Assembly (NCBI GenBank): GCA_963818985.1
Contig: CAWFUJ010000008.1
Coordinates: 82,375 to 146,374, forward strand
DNA from: an uncultured Pseudomonadota bacterium
Lineage (GTDB): Bacteria > Pseudomonadota > Gammaproteobacteria > Coxiellales > Coxiellaceae
Length of the DNA: 64,000 bases
Direction: 5' to 3'
Shown: one piece after another, positions 32,258 to 42,671 of the stretch
Layout of the letters: every line of letters starts with the position of its first letter
How positions within the stretch are numbered: the first letter of the stretch is position 1
The notes under the pieces: model-generated
The model's input: the letters and a program-made list of their open reading frames with translations, nothing else
The model's database searches: none
Told to the model about the DNA's origin: nothing
Position numbers and translations under genes: made by a program

Positions 32258-33570
32258 TATATATGGTTTTGCATTTTAATGATTTTTTGTTTAGCAGCGA
32301 TCACATGTTGATAAGCGTTCTCTATTCGACTAGGTTTAATTTTTCCACTTTGTACTAACCGTGCAATAGTATCAACAAATTTAGAAGTATTATCTGCTTC
32401 ATGATTGGCAACGATAAACATATCTACTCCCGCATTTAAAGCTTTCTCTAAAGCCGTTTGTAATGGATAGTTGGCTGCAATGGCGTCCATTTCCATATCA
32501 TCTGAAACAATAATACCTTTAAAATGTAACTCATTTCTTAATAACTCAGTCAGAGTTTTATAAGACATAGTACCGGGACACCAGGTTTGCTCATTATTGG
32601 CATCTCCTGGAACACATTGAGTATGATCTATTTGCCCATTAATAACATGCGTACTCATAATGAAATCATCATAACCATTACCAATTAAAATTTTAAAAGG
32701 CATGAGCTCTTGATCTTTTTGATAAGTTTTGGTTACATCGACAAGCGCTTTATGAGTATCGCCCGTAGAGCTTCCATGTCCAGGAAAATGCTTTAAAGCA
32801 GGTGTCACATTTTCTTGGTGGAAACCACTGATCATTTGTTCCGCTTGCTCGGCAACGATATGAGGGTTCTCGGAATAACTACGACCCAAGGCACCGATAA
32901 TAGGGTTGATAGGATTGATATTGACATCCACATCAGGCGCAAAAACTAGATTGATCCCGAAGCGATGCAATAATTGGCCGGTTTGTAAAGCATACTGACG
33001 GGTAAAATCCAATGCTTGTTGATGTTTTGTTGCATCATTCATATGCATGGCATCGTTTTTTCCTAACGCTTGCGCATTATAATTGGGTAAGTTTGTAAAT
33101 GCTAAAGAATTGATGGCCCCACCTTCTTGATCGACGGAAATAATAAGTGGCAATGGTGGAAGTTTTTGTTGCTCACGGGTTTTATTATTATATGCTTGGA
33201 GGGCTTTGGTCAGTTCAATCAACTGCTTTTCATTGACTATGTTACGGTTTTTAACATATTGACCCGTGTTTTTGTCCCAGTAAACTTTTCTAAATAAAAT
33301 GACTCCTCCGACATGCTGATCAGCGATGTCTTTGGCAACGTTGGATTGTTCGTTAAATACCGTGCCATTGAGGTCGTTCCAATTAGTCTGGCCTTGATCA
33401 TTTTGTTTAAATCCACCAAAACCTACAATAAGTAACTGCCCTATTTTTTGACACATATCGGGAGCTACGATATGGCTGCAGGATTGAGAAACAGAATTTG
33501 AAGTTTGGGCATTGCCTATATTAAACACTAAAATTGACAGAAGAAGAACAAATTTAAAAAAAAATTTCAT
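32257..33570 (-). CDS. Secreted glycoside hydrolase family 3 protein (beta-N-acetylhexosaminidase-like)
   Basis: GH3 N-domain motifs (KHFPGHGSSTGDTH, SVDQEGG). AAGGA precedes the ATG at 33570, giving MKFFFKFVLLLSILVF (signal peptide). Confidence 0.85.
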   Translation of the reverse strand: MKFFFKFVLLLSILVFNIGNAQTSNSVSQSCSHIVAPDMCQKIGQLLIVGFGGFKQNDQGQTNWNDLNGTVFNEQSNVAKDIADQHVGGVILFRKVYWDKNTGQYVKNRNIVNEKQLIELTKALQAYNNKTREQQKLPPLPLIISVDQEGGAINSLAFTNLPNYNAQALGKNDAMHMNDATKHQQALDFTRQYALQTGQLLHRFGINLVFAPDVDVNINPINPIIGALGRSYSENPHIVAEQAEQMISGFHQENVTPALKHFPGHGSSTGDTHKALVDVTKTYQKDQELMPFKILIGNGYDDFIMSTHVINGQIDHTQCVPGDANNEQTWCPGTMSYKTLTELLRNELHFKGIIVSDDMEMDAIAANYPLQTALEKALNAGVDMFIVANHEADNTSKFVDTIARLVQSGKIKPSRIENAYQHVIAAKQKIIKMQNHI

Positions 33571-33651
33571 AATTATCCTTAACATCTTAAAAAAATGTTA
33601 TTCTAACATACGAATTTTTTTTGTATAAGGGGGATTTTTTCATAAAATAAT

Positions 33652-34245
33652 ATGAAGAAGATTTTTTCATTAACTTTATTATTTATATTATTGACTATCT
33701 GGCTAATGGCTAGCGCTAAGGATATGACTTGGGTGACTTACACCAATAAAAGATTGGGTTATAAAATTCAATATCCCGCTCCAGTAACTCGATTAGAAGC
33801 AGTTGAAGATATTCGACGAGGTTTTTATTTCGATCCGTTACAACCGATCACTGATTTAGAACATCAGCCTGGCTTTGCCGGAATAACTATTATGCCTCGA
33901 TCACTGACTAAGGTTTCTTTTCCTGATAAATATCTAGTTATGCTGATCATTGATCATGTTCCCGATGACTCCCCTCCTCCAGCATCGCAAACTATTATAA
34001 TAAATGGTCATCGATTTTATCAGCAGCATAGTTGGGAAGCTGGGATGTGTCATCATTATGATTATTTCACTTACTATTTTAAAAACGGGAATAAATATTT
34101 TGTTTTTATTTTCTTAGTGACGAACGGTTGTCATGCTGATGACAACTCTGCGCCATTGGAAAAAACATCCGATGGCCATTTAAATACGCTTGAATTTGAA
34201 AAAATTTTAGCAAGTTTCCAACTACTTAAAGTCAGTTCTATCTAA
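33652..34245 (+). CDS. Secreted hypothetical protein
   Basis: 197-aa ORF with an N-terminal signal peptide (MKKIFSLTLLFILLTIWLMASA). No recognisable family motif. Confidence 0.6.
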   Translation: MKKIFSLTLLFILLTIWLMASAKDMTWVTYTNKRLGYKIQYPAPVTRLEAVEDIRRGFYFDPLQPITDLEHQPGFAGITIMPRSLTKVSFPDKYLVMLIIDHVPDDSPPPASQTIIINGHRFYQQHSWEAGMCHHYDYFTYYFKNGNKYFVFIFLVTNGCHADDNSAPLEKTSDGHLNTLEFEKILASFQLLKVSSI

Positions 34246-35427
34246 GCTTTGCGAATATCGGTGATAGCAGATCATTGCTACTAATGAAAGAAAACTGAAA
34301 ACTATCATGCTGAAGCTCAAGGGATTAGTTGAATGCACCGGACGACTCATAATCATGGAGCCAAAAATAGCGCTTGATAAAAATTCTAAACATCCAGCCA
34401 AGGCTGCTGCTGAACCCGCCACTTCGGCAAAAGGTTGCATTGCGCCACCCAAACCTGCACCCATCATGAAGGAACCGCCCACCGCCGCGAGCATAGATGG
34501 CAACAGAAACTCAAGCGTACTTACGCCAGCCATTGCATACCAGGCCCACATCATTAAGCCGGCTGTTAACATCAAAATAGTGCCTAACAATACGGTGTTA
34601 AATATCCCTACTTTTTCTGAAATCTTTCCACTGAGCAAACTGCCAAGGAAAAAAGTAGTTCCGACAGTAAAGAAATAATAACCGAAGTTTTTCACAGAAA
34701 CATGCAATAAATTTATGACTATATAGGGAGAAGATGAGAAAAATACAAAAAAATAAATGAGCCCAGCAGAAGCACAAAGAGTATAGGTTATAAAAGTTGC
34801 GTTGGTTAATATTTTCCAATAACGCAAAAAAATCTTACGATCTATTTTAAGAATATTTTCAGGAGATAAAGTCTCTTTTATTTTAAATAAAGTCGAGACC
34901 AATATTAGTAGGCCCATTATTGTTAAAAAAATAAATCCTGCTCGCCAATTAAACCATTCTACTAGATAACTGCCGATGATAGGGGCGAATAATGGCGACA
35001 TGCCTACCCCACAATTAAGAAAACTATAAACTTTGGCTGCTTCATTACCAGCAAATAAATCACGAACGATTGCAAATGCTCCCACCATCATTCCACAACC
35101 TCCTAAGGCTTGGAAAACACGCGCAAGGAGTAAGATCTCAATGGAATTGGCTAAAGCGCAACCCAAAGACCCAAAGAAGAATAAAAAAATGCAGCAAAGA
35201 ATTAATTTTCGTCGACCAAATTGATCGGCAGCAGGTCCTAAAATCAATTGGCCAAGCCCTGAAACCAACATAAAAATACTCAAAGTGAGTTGTATGTTCG
35301 CTTGGGAGGTATGCAAAACCTCTTTCATCGCTGGAACAGCCGGAATATAAATATCCATTGCAAACGCGAAACTGAACACCAAAGGAGCCAATAAAATAAC
35401 TGTCGGTAAAACTTTCACTTGAGACAT
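34222..35427 (-). CDS. MFS efflux transporter, Bcr/CflA-like
   Basis: 12 TM-like segments. Motif GPAADQFGRRKLIL in loop 2-3. Confidence 0.85.
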   Translation of the reverse strand: MSQVKVLPTVILLAPLVFSFAFAMDIYIPAVPAMKEVLHTSQANIQLTLSIFMLVSGLGQLILGPAADQFGRRKLILCCIFLFFFGSLGCALANSIEILLLARVFQALGGCGMMVGAFAIVRDLFAGNEAAKVYSFLNCGVGMSPLFAPIIGSYLVEWFNWRAGFIFLTIMGLLILVSTLFKIKETLSPENILKIDRKIFLRYWKILTNATFITYTLCASAGLIYFFVFFSSSPYIVINLLHVSVKNFGYYFFTVGTTFFLGSLLSGKISEKVGIFNTVLLGTILMLTAGLMMWAWYAMAGVSTLEFLLPSMLAAVGGSFMMGAGLGGAMQPFAEVAGSAAALAGCLEFLSSAIFGSMIMSRPVHSTNPLSFSMIVFSFLSLVAMICYHRYSQSLDRTDFK

Positions 35428-35484
35428 ACATTGGCCTAAAAATTAGAAAAACTCTAATTATACATAAATCTCTATTTTAATTCC

Positions 35485-35606
35485 TTACGCCATGGGGGAT
35501 CGCAAGGGGGAGCAGCGCGAAGCGCTCCCCCTTCATTGCGAGCATCGGCTTAGCCGAGCAGAGCATAAAAACAGAAAAAATTCTTGCTGTACTCAGCAAG
35601 AATTTT
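35485..35606. repeat. 122-bp three-hairpin repeat element, copy A
   Basis: TTACGCCATGGGGGATCGCAAGGGGGAGCAGCGCGAAGCGCTCCCCCTTCATTGCGAGCATCGGCTTAGCCGAGC...CATAAAAACAG...AATTCTTGCTGtactCAGCAAGAATT. Two further copies lie at 46817.. (split by the IS) and 54087.. Confidence 0.85.
35563..35606 (-). terminator. Terminator-like module of repeat copy A (read on - strand)
   Basis: On the - strand, a 13-bp stem (AAAATTCTTGCTG/CAGCAAGAATTTT) is followed by TTTTTTCTGTTTTTAT. Confidence 0.4.
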
Positions 35607-35624
35607 ATGGCATTCTATGCCCCT

Positions 35625-35876
35625 ATGGCAAAAGAAGAACATATAGAAATGCAAGGCGTGGTGATAGACACGCTTCCAAACACCGTCTTTCGTGTCAAGC
35701 TCGAAAACGGCCATGTGGTAACTGCTCATATCTCTGGGAGAATGCGGAAAAATTATATTCGAATTTTAACAGGTGATAAAGTATCCGTGGAATTAACCCC
35801 TTACGACCTTTCTCGAGGAAGAATTACTTACCGTGATAGCGGCAAACCTCGATCTGAAGAAGAAGTCTCTGATTAG
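35625..35876 (+). CDS. infA: Translation initiation factor IF-1
   Basis: [70 protein letters not shown] is nearly identical in pattern to E. coli IF-1. It carries an acidic ~11-aa C-terminal extension. Confidence 0.93.
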   Translation: MAKEEHIEMQGVVIDTLPNTVFRVKLENGHVVTAHISGRMRKNYIRILTGDKVSVELTPYDLSRGRITYRDSGKPRSEEEVSD

Positions 35877-35906
35877 TTAAGGGTTCACGAGGTTAAACAT
35901 GCCTGA

Positions 35907-38224
35907 TTAATCTTCGGGTTCAGCTAAAGCTGTCGGCAGTGAGGCTGCTAAATCGGCCATACTAATGGTTTGAATCTGTAAGCGGCCATTTTCAAGACCT
36001 ATTCTCACTTCCCCACCTTCGCTGCTTAGACTGCCAAATAACAACTCTTCAGCTAATGGTTTTTTCAATTTCTCATCAATTAAACGTTCCATAGGTCTTG
36101 CCCCCATAATTCGATCGTACCCTTCTTTAGCTAGCAACTGCTTGGCGCCATTGGTAATGCTCACAGTCACATGCTTAGAGGCTAGTTGCTTACGTAACTG
36201 TTTTATATTTTTATCAACGATTTTTAAAATGATATCCGTTTCTAAGAAATGGAACGGAATGACCGCATCCAAACGATTTCTAAATTCAGGAGAAAATAAT
36301 TGCTTGACTTCTTCTAATCCTTCTTGAGAAGCATCTTGATAATTAAAACCCATACTCTGACGTTCTAAACGGTGAGCACCGATATTGGTAGTCATGATGA
36401 GAATGACATGACGAAAATCGGCTTTACGACCATTATTATCTGTCAGATGACCATAATCCATGACTTGCAATAATACATTAAACATATCTGGATGAGCTTT
36501 TTCAATTTCATCTAACAGTAAAACAGCATAGGGTTGTTTGATGATCGATTCTGTGAGTAAACCACCCTGATCATACCCCACATAACCCGGAGGCGCACCA
36601 ATTAAACGCGACACGGAATGTCTTTCCATATATTCAGACATATCAAAACGGATCAGATTCAATACCTAATTCTTTCGCTAATTGCCGTGTTACTTCAGTT
36701 TTGCCAACCCCGGTTGGCCCAGTTAATAAAAATGAACCCATGGGTTTATTTAAATCACGAAGACCAGATCTTGATAACTTAATTGCATCACATAAAAGCT
36801 GAATAGCCATATCTTGGCCAAACACATTTCTCTTTAAGCGAATTGGCAAATTTTTCAATTGACGCTTGTCAGAGCCACTTAAATGATGGATAGGAATATT
36901 AGCCATTTTGGCCACTATGGCTTCAATTTCACTACAATCAATTATTTTTAATTGTTTACTTGGGATTTGCAAACGTTGAAAAGCACCGGCCTCATCAATG
37001 ACGTCAATTGCTTTATCAGGCAGATGCCGGTCAGCCATATAGCGGGATGATAATTCCACCGCCCGGCGTAAAGCCAAAGGGGTATATTGAATTTGATGAT
37101 AATTTTCGAAGCGGGTTTTTAAGCCATCCAAGATTTGCAATTGTTTCATCTGGGGTTGGCTCGGGGATATCAATTTTCTGAAAGCGACGCAATAAAGCAT
37201 GATCTTTGGAAAAATAATTACGATATTCTTCATAAGTGGTAGCGCCCATGCAACGTAGTTCACCCGAACTTAATAAGGGTTTTATTAAATTAGAGGCATC
37301 CATGGTTCCGCCCGTTGCAGATCCTGCGCCCACTAAATTATGGATTTCATCGATAAAAACAATGGCGCCGGTTTGACGGCTCAACGCTTTAAGTACCGCT
37401 TTAAAACGTTTTTCAAAATCGCCACGATATTTTGTGCCAGCCAATAACATGCCTAAATCTAATGAATAAACAGTTGAGTAGGTCAGCGGACTGGGTACTT
37501 CACCGTTAACAATGCGCTGAGCCAAACCTTCAGCAATGGCCGTTTTCCCTACCCCAGCCTCGCCAACAAATAAAGGATTATTTTTACTGCGCCGACATAA
37601 AATTTGTAAACTTCTTTCTATTTCTTTTTCACGACCAATCAAAGGATTTAATTTTCCTGCCATGGCCAATTCATTCAAATTGATGGCATAAGTTTCAATT
37701 AGACTTTCCTCAGTCACTGATTCATGAGGTAAATTGATATCGGGTGAACCATTGATATCGGATAAAAAATTATGCTTTTCGCCTTCACGTTGATGTTTAG
37801 AGATTCCTTGGGTAGTAAAGTTAATGACATCAATACGGCTTACATTTTCTTGACTAAGAAAATAGACAGCTTGGCTATCTGTTTCCCCAAATAATGCAAT
37901 AAGGGTATGATTTCCATTGACTTCTTGACCTCCTGAACTTTGCACTTGATAAATAGCTCGCTGCAAAACTCGTTGAAAACTCAAAGTAGGTTGTATATCC
38001 CGTTGTGCGTTCAAAGGGATGTGAGGAGTGGTTTCATCGATAAAAATACCTAAACCGGCACGTAAGCGGTCAACATTGGCGCCACAGGCCACAAGAGTTG
38101 CGCTTGCTTCGGTATTATCTAATAATGCAAAAAGCAGATGCTCGACAGTGATAAATTCGTGACGCTTTTCTCTGGCTTGCATAAAGGCTTGATTAAGAGT
38201 CATTTCAAGCGATTTAGTGAACAT
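35907..38224 (-). pseudogene. clpA: ATP-dependent Clp protease ATPase subunit ClpA, interrupted by two +1-nt frameshifts
   Basis: Three overlapping ORFs (37031..38242, 36643..37263, 35907..36662) together give collinear ClpA. Frame switches occur at about 37138 (...PDETI|g|QILDGLKTRFENYH) and about 36657 (...ELGIE|t|LIRFDMSEYMERH). Both Walker A sites are present (GEAGVGKT, GPTGVGKT). The start, MFTKSLEMTLNQAF at 38224, follows GGAGA. Confidence 0.85.
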
Positions 38225-38375
38225 ATCTCTTCTCCCCCACACAAAAAATATTGTGAAAATGGCTCGAAGGTTTCCTAACGGTAACTGTAGAAGACAACTC
38301 TAAGAATTTCCTTAGAATTAAAAATTTTTTTTTACGGACACATATTAATAATAGTACAAAAAATCAACAATTGAA

Positions 38376-39386
38376 TTATAGGCAACTGATTATTTCTTTT
38401 ATCAACGATGGGCCTTTATAAATCATGCCACTATAAATCTGCACCAAGCTTGCTCCAGCAGTAAATTTTTCCATCGCATCCCCCCCTGAAAAAATGCCGC
38501 CGACGGCAATAATGGGTAATTTACCGGCTAATAAATCATTGAGCCGCTGTACGACTTGAGTGGATTGATGAAATAGGGGTTTACCACTTAACCCCCCCAC
38601 TTCATTACCATGTGGCAAATGTGCTACTGAATTGTGATTGATAGTGGTATTTGTGGCAATAACCCCGTCTACTTGATGGTCCAGGAGGGTTCTAACTAAT
38701 TCTTGTAAAGCTTGTTCATTTAAATCTGGATCTATTTTGATAAGAAGTGGTATTCGTTTTTGACCTTGAGTTACCAATTGTTTCTGGGTTTTATCTAACT
38801 CCGTCAGTAAATTATTCAAATAATACGAAGATTGTAGATGGCGTAAAGCCGGGGTATTGGGTGAAGAAATATTAATCGTTACATAATTAACGTAGGGATA
38901 GACTTTAGTTAAACATTCACAATAATCTTCGGCTGCATTTTCTAACGGCGTTTGGCTATTTTTACCTATATTAGCGCCAACTATCCCGGGTATACGTCGA
39001 TTTTTAATTTTTTCCACCAAATGATCTACACCCAGGTTATTAAAACCCATTCGGTTGATAAGGGCATGCGCTCCAGCTAATCGAAATAATCGAGGTTTGG
39101 GATTGCCAATTTGTGGTTTAGGTGTCACTGTTCCAAGTTCGACAAATCCAAAACCAAGACCTAGTAAAGCATCCAAATAATCACCATTTTTGTCAAATCC
39201 AGCTGCTAAACCCACTGAATTTGGGAAGGTCAGATTAAATATTTTTACCGGACGTTGAGGGAAATGAGCAATACGATAATTCGCTAACCAAGTTGGAAAG
39301 CCTAATTTTAATAAACGTAACGTTAAATAATGAGATTTTTCAGCATCCAACTGAAACAACATTTGCCGGACCAAGGAATACCACAT
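38376..39386 (-). CDS. pyrD: Dihydroorotate dehydrogenase (quinone), class 2
   Basis: 336 aa. Motifs GLAAGFDKNG, GFGFVELGTVTP, NISSPNTP, IIAVGGI. Confidence 0.93.
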   Translation of the reverse strand: MWYSLVRQMLFQLDAEKSHYLTLRLLKLGFPTWLANYRIAHFPQRPVKIFNLTFPNSVGLAAGFDKNGDYLDALLGLGFGFVELGTVTPKPQIGNPKPRLFRLAGAHALINRMGFNNLGVDHLVEKIKNRRIPGIVGANIGKNSQTPLENAAEDYCECLTKVYPYVNYVTINISSPNTPALRHLQSSYYLNNLLTELDKTQKQLVTQGQKRIPLLIKIDPDLNEQALQELVRTLLDHQVDGVIATNTTINHNSVAHLPHGNEVGGLSGKPLFHQSTQVVQRLNDLLAGKLPIIAVGGIFSGGDAMEKFTAGASLVQIYSGMIYKGPSLIKEIISCL

Positions 39387-39472
39387 GGATAGTTGACCTC
39401 TAGAATTTCCATTAAAATGGTAGGCATATTACCGCAATCTTAAGATAAAAACGATAAAGACTAATATTTTAT

Positions 39473-39502
39473 CCTGGATACCGGCGAAAGCCGGTGTCCA
39501 GG
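39473..39502. repeat. REP-2 hairpin, second copy
   Basis: CCTGGATACCGGCgaaaGCCGGTGTCCAGG, between pyrD and the next - strand gene. Confidence 0.8.
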
Positions 39503-39528
39503 AAATACCTGCATTTAATCAATTTCTC

Positions 39529-40224
39529 TCAGGATTTAACTTGGCATTCGTTAGCCCAAATTCTTAGCATGGCATGACCATTGCTTCGCTGGGGAAAATT
39601 GACCGCTTTAACTTCTACTCCAAAGTTACGTTGTTGAAGAGCTAACATCAGCGGGCCTAATTCAGTATTTATGTTTTTTTTCTCATCCGAGATAGGAAAA
39701 ATACGCAATTCAATGGCCAATAGACAAAGTTGATTCATTAATTCTTGCGCGGAAATTGTCTGATTTTGCCCATGGAAAAAAAAGTCTGCACATAATAACA
39801 AATCAAAGGGTTGATCATCTTGAATAAGCCGGGGTTGGTGCATCGCCTGATAACGACCTTGTTTTTTGCCGAGTTCATAATCATCTAGAAAAAGTTCAGC
39901 ACTTTTTTGCCAATCGCTGATCACTTGATTAGCAAGCTTTTCATCAGGAGAAGTTAACATGTGTAAATTGCGTTGCAAAAAATCAATTTTTTCTTTTAAG
40001 ATTTTTTTAACATGTTGTTGCATGGCGTTGGGCGATAATTGATACAAATTATCACCGCTGACAATATGCACCCCTTGAGCCGACAGCTCAGCATTGACAC
40101 TAGAAATTCTTCCTGGAAAATCGAGGATTTTTATAGGTTGATTTTCTTTAGGCAGAGCAAAAATTCTTTGGTAATCAGCCAAACTATATATCCAATTAGA
40201 GGAATAATATTGAGTATCAGTCAT
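39529..40224 (-). CDS. Hypothetical protein (possible degenerate methyltransferase-like fold)
   Basis: 231-aa ORF. ILDFPGRISSVNAEL resembles a degraded SAM motif I, but the assignment is weak. Confidence 0.5.
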   Translation of the reverse strand: MTDTQYYSSNWIYSLADYQRIFALPKENQPIKILDFPGRISSVNAELSAQGVHIVSGDNLYQLSPNAMQQHVKKILKEKIDFLQRNLHMLTSPDEKLANQVISDWQKSAELFLDDYELGKKQGRYQAMHQPRLIQDDQPFDLLLCADFFFHGQNQTISAQELMNQLCLLAIELRIFPISDEKKNINTELGPLMLALQQRNFGVEVKAVNFPQRSNGHAMLRIWANECQVKS

Positions 40225-40312
40225 TTCTTCTCCTTAGCATTGCGTGTCCTGAATCGTTCAGGTACGATTTTACCTTGTAGCTCACTCTATTTACGTTGCA
40301 AGGCCCAATGAT

Positions 40313-41473
40313 ATGATTCAAGGAATGAATTTTCAACTCAATGATACAATTCAATTGCTAAGAGATAGCATTTTTCAATTTGCCCGCCGCGAAATTGCTC
40401 CTCGAGCGTCAATTATTGACAAAAACAATCAATTTCCACGTGATCTTTGGCCGCAGTTGGGTCAGCTTGGTTTGTTAGGTATCACAGTTTCGGAAACTTA
40501 CGGCGGCGCCAACATGGGTTATTTAGCTCATGTGATTGCTATGGAAGAGATTAGTCGTGCTTCAGGTTCGGTCGGTCTAAGTTATGGCGCTCATTCAAAT
40601 TTATGTGTCAACCAATTGCATCGTTTTGGCACAGAACAACAAAAACAACAATTTTTACCTAAGTTAATCAGTGGCCAACATGTCGGTGCTTTGGCGATGA
40701 GTGAACCGGGCGCAGGTTCTGATGTGATGAGTATGACGCTGCGCGCCGAATTAAATGATGATACGTTTATCCTCAATGGCAATAAAATGTGGATTACCAA
40801 CGGCCCTGAAGCGGATGTCGTTATCGTTTATGCTAAAACCCGCCCTACTGCGGGTTCTCATGGAATTAGCGCTTTTATTGTAGAAAAAGGCACTCCAGGA
40901 TTTAGTAGTGCTCAAAAGCTTGATAAATTGGGGATGCGCGGTTCAGATACCAGCGAGCTGGTTTTTAATCAATGTAAAATTCCTGCTGTCAATTTGCTCG
41001 GCAAAATAAATGAAGGTGTACGCGTGCTCATGACGGGTTTAGATTATGAACGAGTGGTATTGGCTGGCGGTCCGGTGGGGTTGATGCAATCGTGCTTAGA
41101 TCTTGTTTTACCTTATATACACGATCGCAAACAATTCAATTGTGCGATTGGGGAGTTCCAATTAATCCAAGCTAAAATTGCCGATATGTATACGACTCTT
41201 AGTGCTTGCCGAGCTTATTTATACCATATCGCACAAATTTGTGATCACGGCAAAATAAGTCCCAAAGATGCTGCCGGAGTCATTTTATATGTTTCTGAGC
41301 GTGCCACGCAAATGGCTTTACAGGCCATTCAATGTTTAGGGGGCAATGGTTATATCAACGAGTTTGCAGCAGGAAGGATATTGCGTGATGCTAAACTTTA
41401 TGAAATTGGTGCTGGAACTTCAGAAATTCGCCGCATTATCATTGGCCGAGAATTATTTAAAGAAACTGGCTAA
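40313..41473 (+). CDS. liuA: Isovaleryl-CoA dehydrogenase
   Basis: Acyl-CoA dehydrogenase fold with IVD-like motifs ([47 protein letters not shown]). Lies next to the MCCase beta subunit gene. Confidence 0.88.
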   Translation: MIQGMNFQLNDTIQLLRDSIFQFARREIAPRASIIDKNNQFPRDLWPQLGQLGLLGITVSETYGGANMGYLAHVIAMEEISRASGSVGLSYGAHSNLCVNQLHRFGTEQQKQQFLPKLISGQHVGALAMSEPGAGSDVMSMTLRAELNDDTFILNGNKMWITNGPEADVVIVYAKTRPTAGSHGISAFIVEKGTPGFSSAQKLDKLGMRGSDTSELVFNQCKIPAVNLLGKINEGVRVLMTGLDYERVVLAGGPVGLMQSCLDLVLPYIHDRKQFNCAIGEFQLIQAKIADMYTTLSACRAYLYHIAQICDHGKISPKDAAGVILYVSERATQMALQAIQCLGGNGYINEFAAGRILRDAKLYEIGAGTSEIRRIIIGRELFKETG

Positions 41474-41482
41474 AGGAAGTTT

Positions 41483-42667
41483 ATGAATACGCAAAATAAA
41501 ATTGTCATTACTGCCGCAAAACGCACGCCCACCGGTAATTTCAATGGCTGTTTTGTTAATACTCCAGCCCCTTTATTAGGCGCCGCAGTGATAAGTAGTA
41601 TGGTCGATCAACTGTCTTTACCCGTAGAAAAAATTGATGCCGTATATATGGGATGTGTATTATCAGCAGGAATTGGTCAAGCTCCTGCGCGCCAAGCTGC
41701 GCTTGCTGCACATTTACCAAATCGCACTCCTTGTACAACTATCAATAAAATGTGTGGCTCAGGTATGCAGACTGTGATGATGGCCCATGATGCTTTAATC
41801 GCAGGCACTAGTGGGATGATAATCGCAGGTGGTATGGAAAATATGAGCCGTGCTCCATATTTATTAATGGGAGCACGACAAGGGTATCGGTTGGGGCATC
41901 AGCAAGTGTACGACCATATGTTGCTTGATGGTTTAGAAGATGCTTATGAAAAAGGCCGACATATGGGATATTTCGCTGAAAAATGCGCACTGGAATACCG
42001 CATCAATCGAGAGTCACAAGATAACTTTGCGTTAAGTTCTATTGAACGTGCCCGACATGCCCATGAAAAAGGTTGGTTTAAAACAGAAATTGCCCCGGTG
42101 GTTGCCAAACAAAAAAAACATAGCGAGACGATTGATACCGATCAAGGTCCTTACTCTGTTGATATTCTCAAAATACCAAACTTACCGCCGGTGTTTCAAA
42201 CCGATGGTACGATTACCGCCGCCAACGCCAGTTCAATTGCTGACGGGGCCGCTGCGTTAATCATGATGCCTGCGAAACTTGCGAACCAATATGGTTTTGA
42301 ACCATTAGCAACAATCATTGGTTACCATACTCATGCCCAAGAGCCTGCACAATTTAGCACAGCACCGATTGGCGCTGTCGAAGGTTTACTATCAAAAATT
42401 AATTGGACAATTAACGACGTTGATTTATTTGAAATTAACGAAGCTTTTGCGGTGGTCACTTTAGTTGCTATGCAACAATTAAAAATTTCTCATGACCGAG
42501 TAAACGTCCATGGTGGTGCATGTATATTAGGCCATCCAATTGGTGCATCAGGCACTAGGATTATTGTGACTTTGATCCATACCTTACGCCAGCGTCAACT
42601 TAAGCGTGGCATTGCGGCTTTATGTATCGGTGGCGGCGAAGCCACTGCAATTGCAATTGAGGCGTAA
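41483..42667 (+). CDS. Acetyl-CoA C-acetyltransferase (thiolase II)
   Basis: Active-site contexts [26 protein letters not shown] and CIGGGEATA. Confidence 0.9.
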   Translation: MNTQNKIVITAAKRTPTGNFNGCFVNTPAPLLGAAVISSMVDQLSLPVEKIDAVYMGCVLSAGIGQAPARQAALAAHLPNRTPCTTINKMCGSGMQTVMMAHDALIAGTSGMIIAGGMENMSRAPYLLMGARQGYRLGHQQVYDHMLLDGLEDAYEKGRHMGYFAEKCALEYRINRESQDNFALSSIERARHAHEKGWFKTEIAPVVAKQKKHSETIDTDQGPYSVDILKIPNLPPVFQTDGTITAANASSIADGAAALIMMPAKLANQYGFEPLATIIGYHTHAQEPAQFSTAPIGAVEGLLSKINWTINDVDLFEINEAFAVVTLVAMQQLKISHDRVNVHGGACILGHPIGASGTRIIVTLIHTLRQRQLKRGIAALCIGGGEATAIAIEA

Positions 42668-42671
42668 ATTC

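Noticed and set aside
35492-35776. A 94-aa ORF overlapping the infA start. Similar ORFs at 44250..44468, 46644..46874 and 54070..54303 have Arg/Gly/Pro-rich translations.
   Set aside because: Each is generated by reading through GC-rich palindromic repeat elements (the 122-bp element or the MITE-like palindrome). The same pseudo-peptide (MGDRKGE.REALPL) recurs because the repeat recurs, not because it is a gene.
35844-35876. The acidic C-terminal extension of IF-1 (…[13 protein letters not shown]) as a special feature
   Set aside because: It is short, low in complexity and could be normal lineage variation. Nothing in the sequence suggests a frameshift or a fusion.
38243-38375. A possible clpS gene or a small ORF upstream of clpA
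   Set aside because: Only 133 nt separate clpA from pyrD and there is no ORF of suitable size. The absence of clpS is noted under the clpA finding instead.
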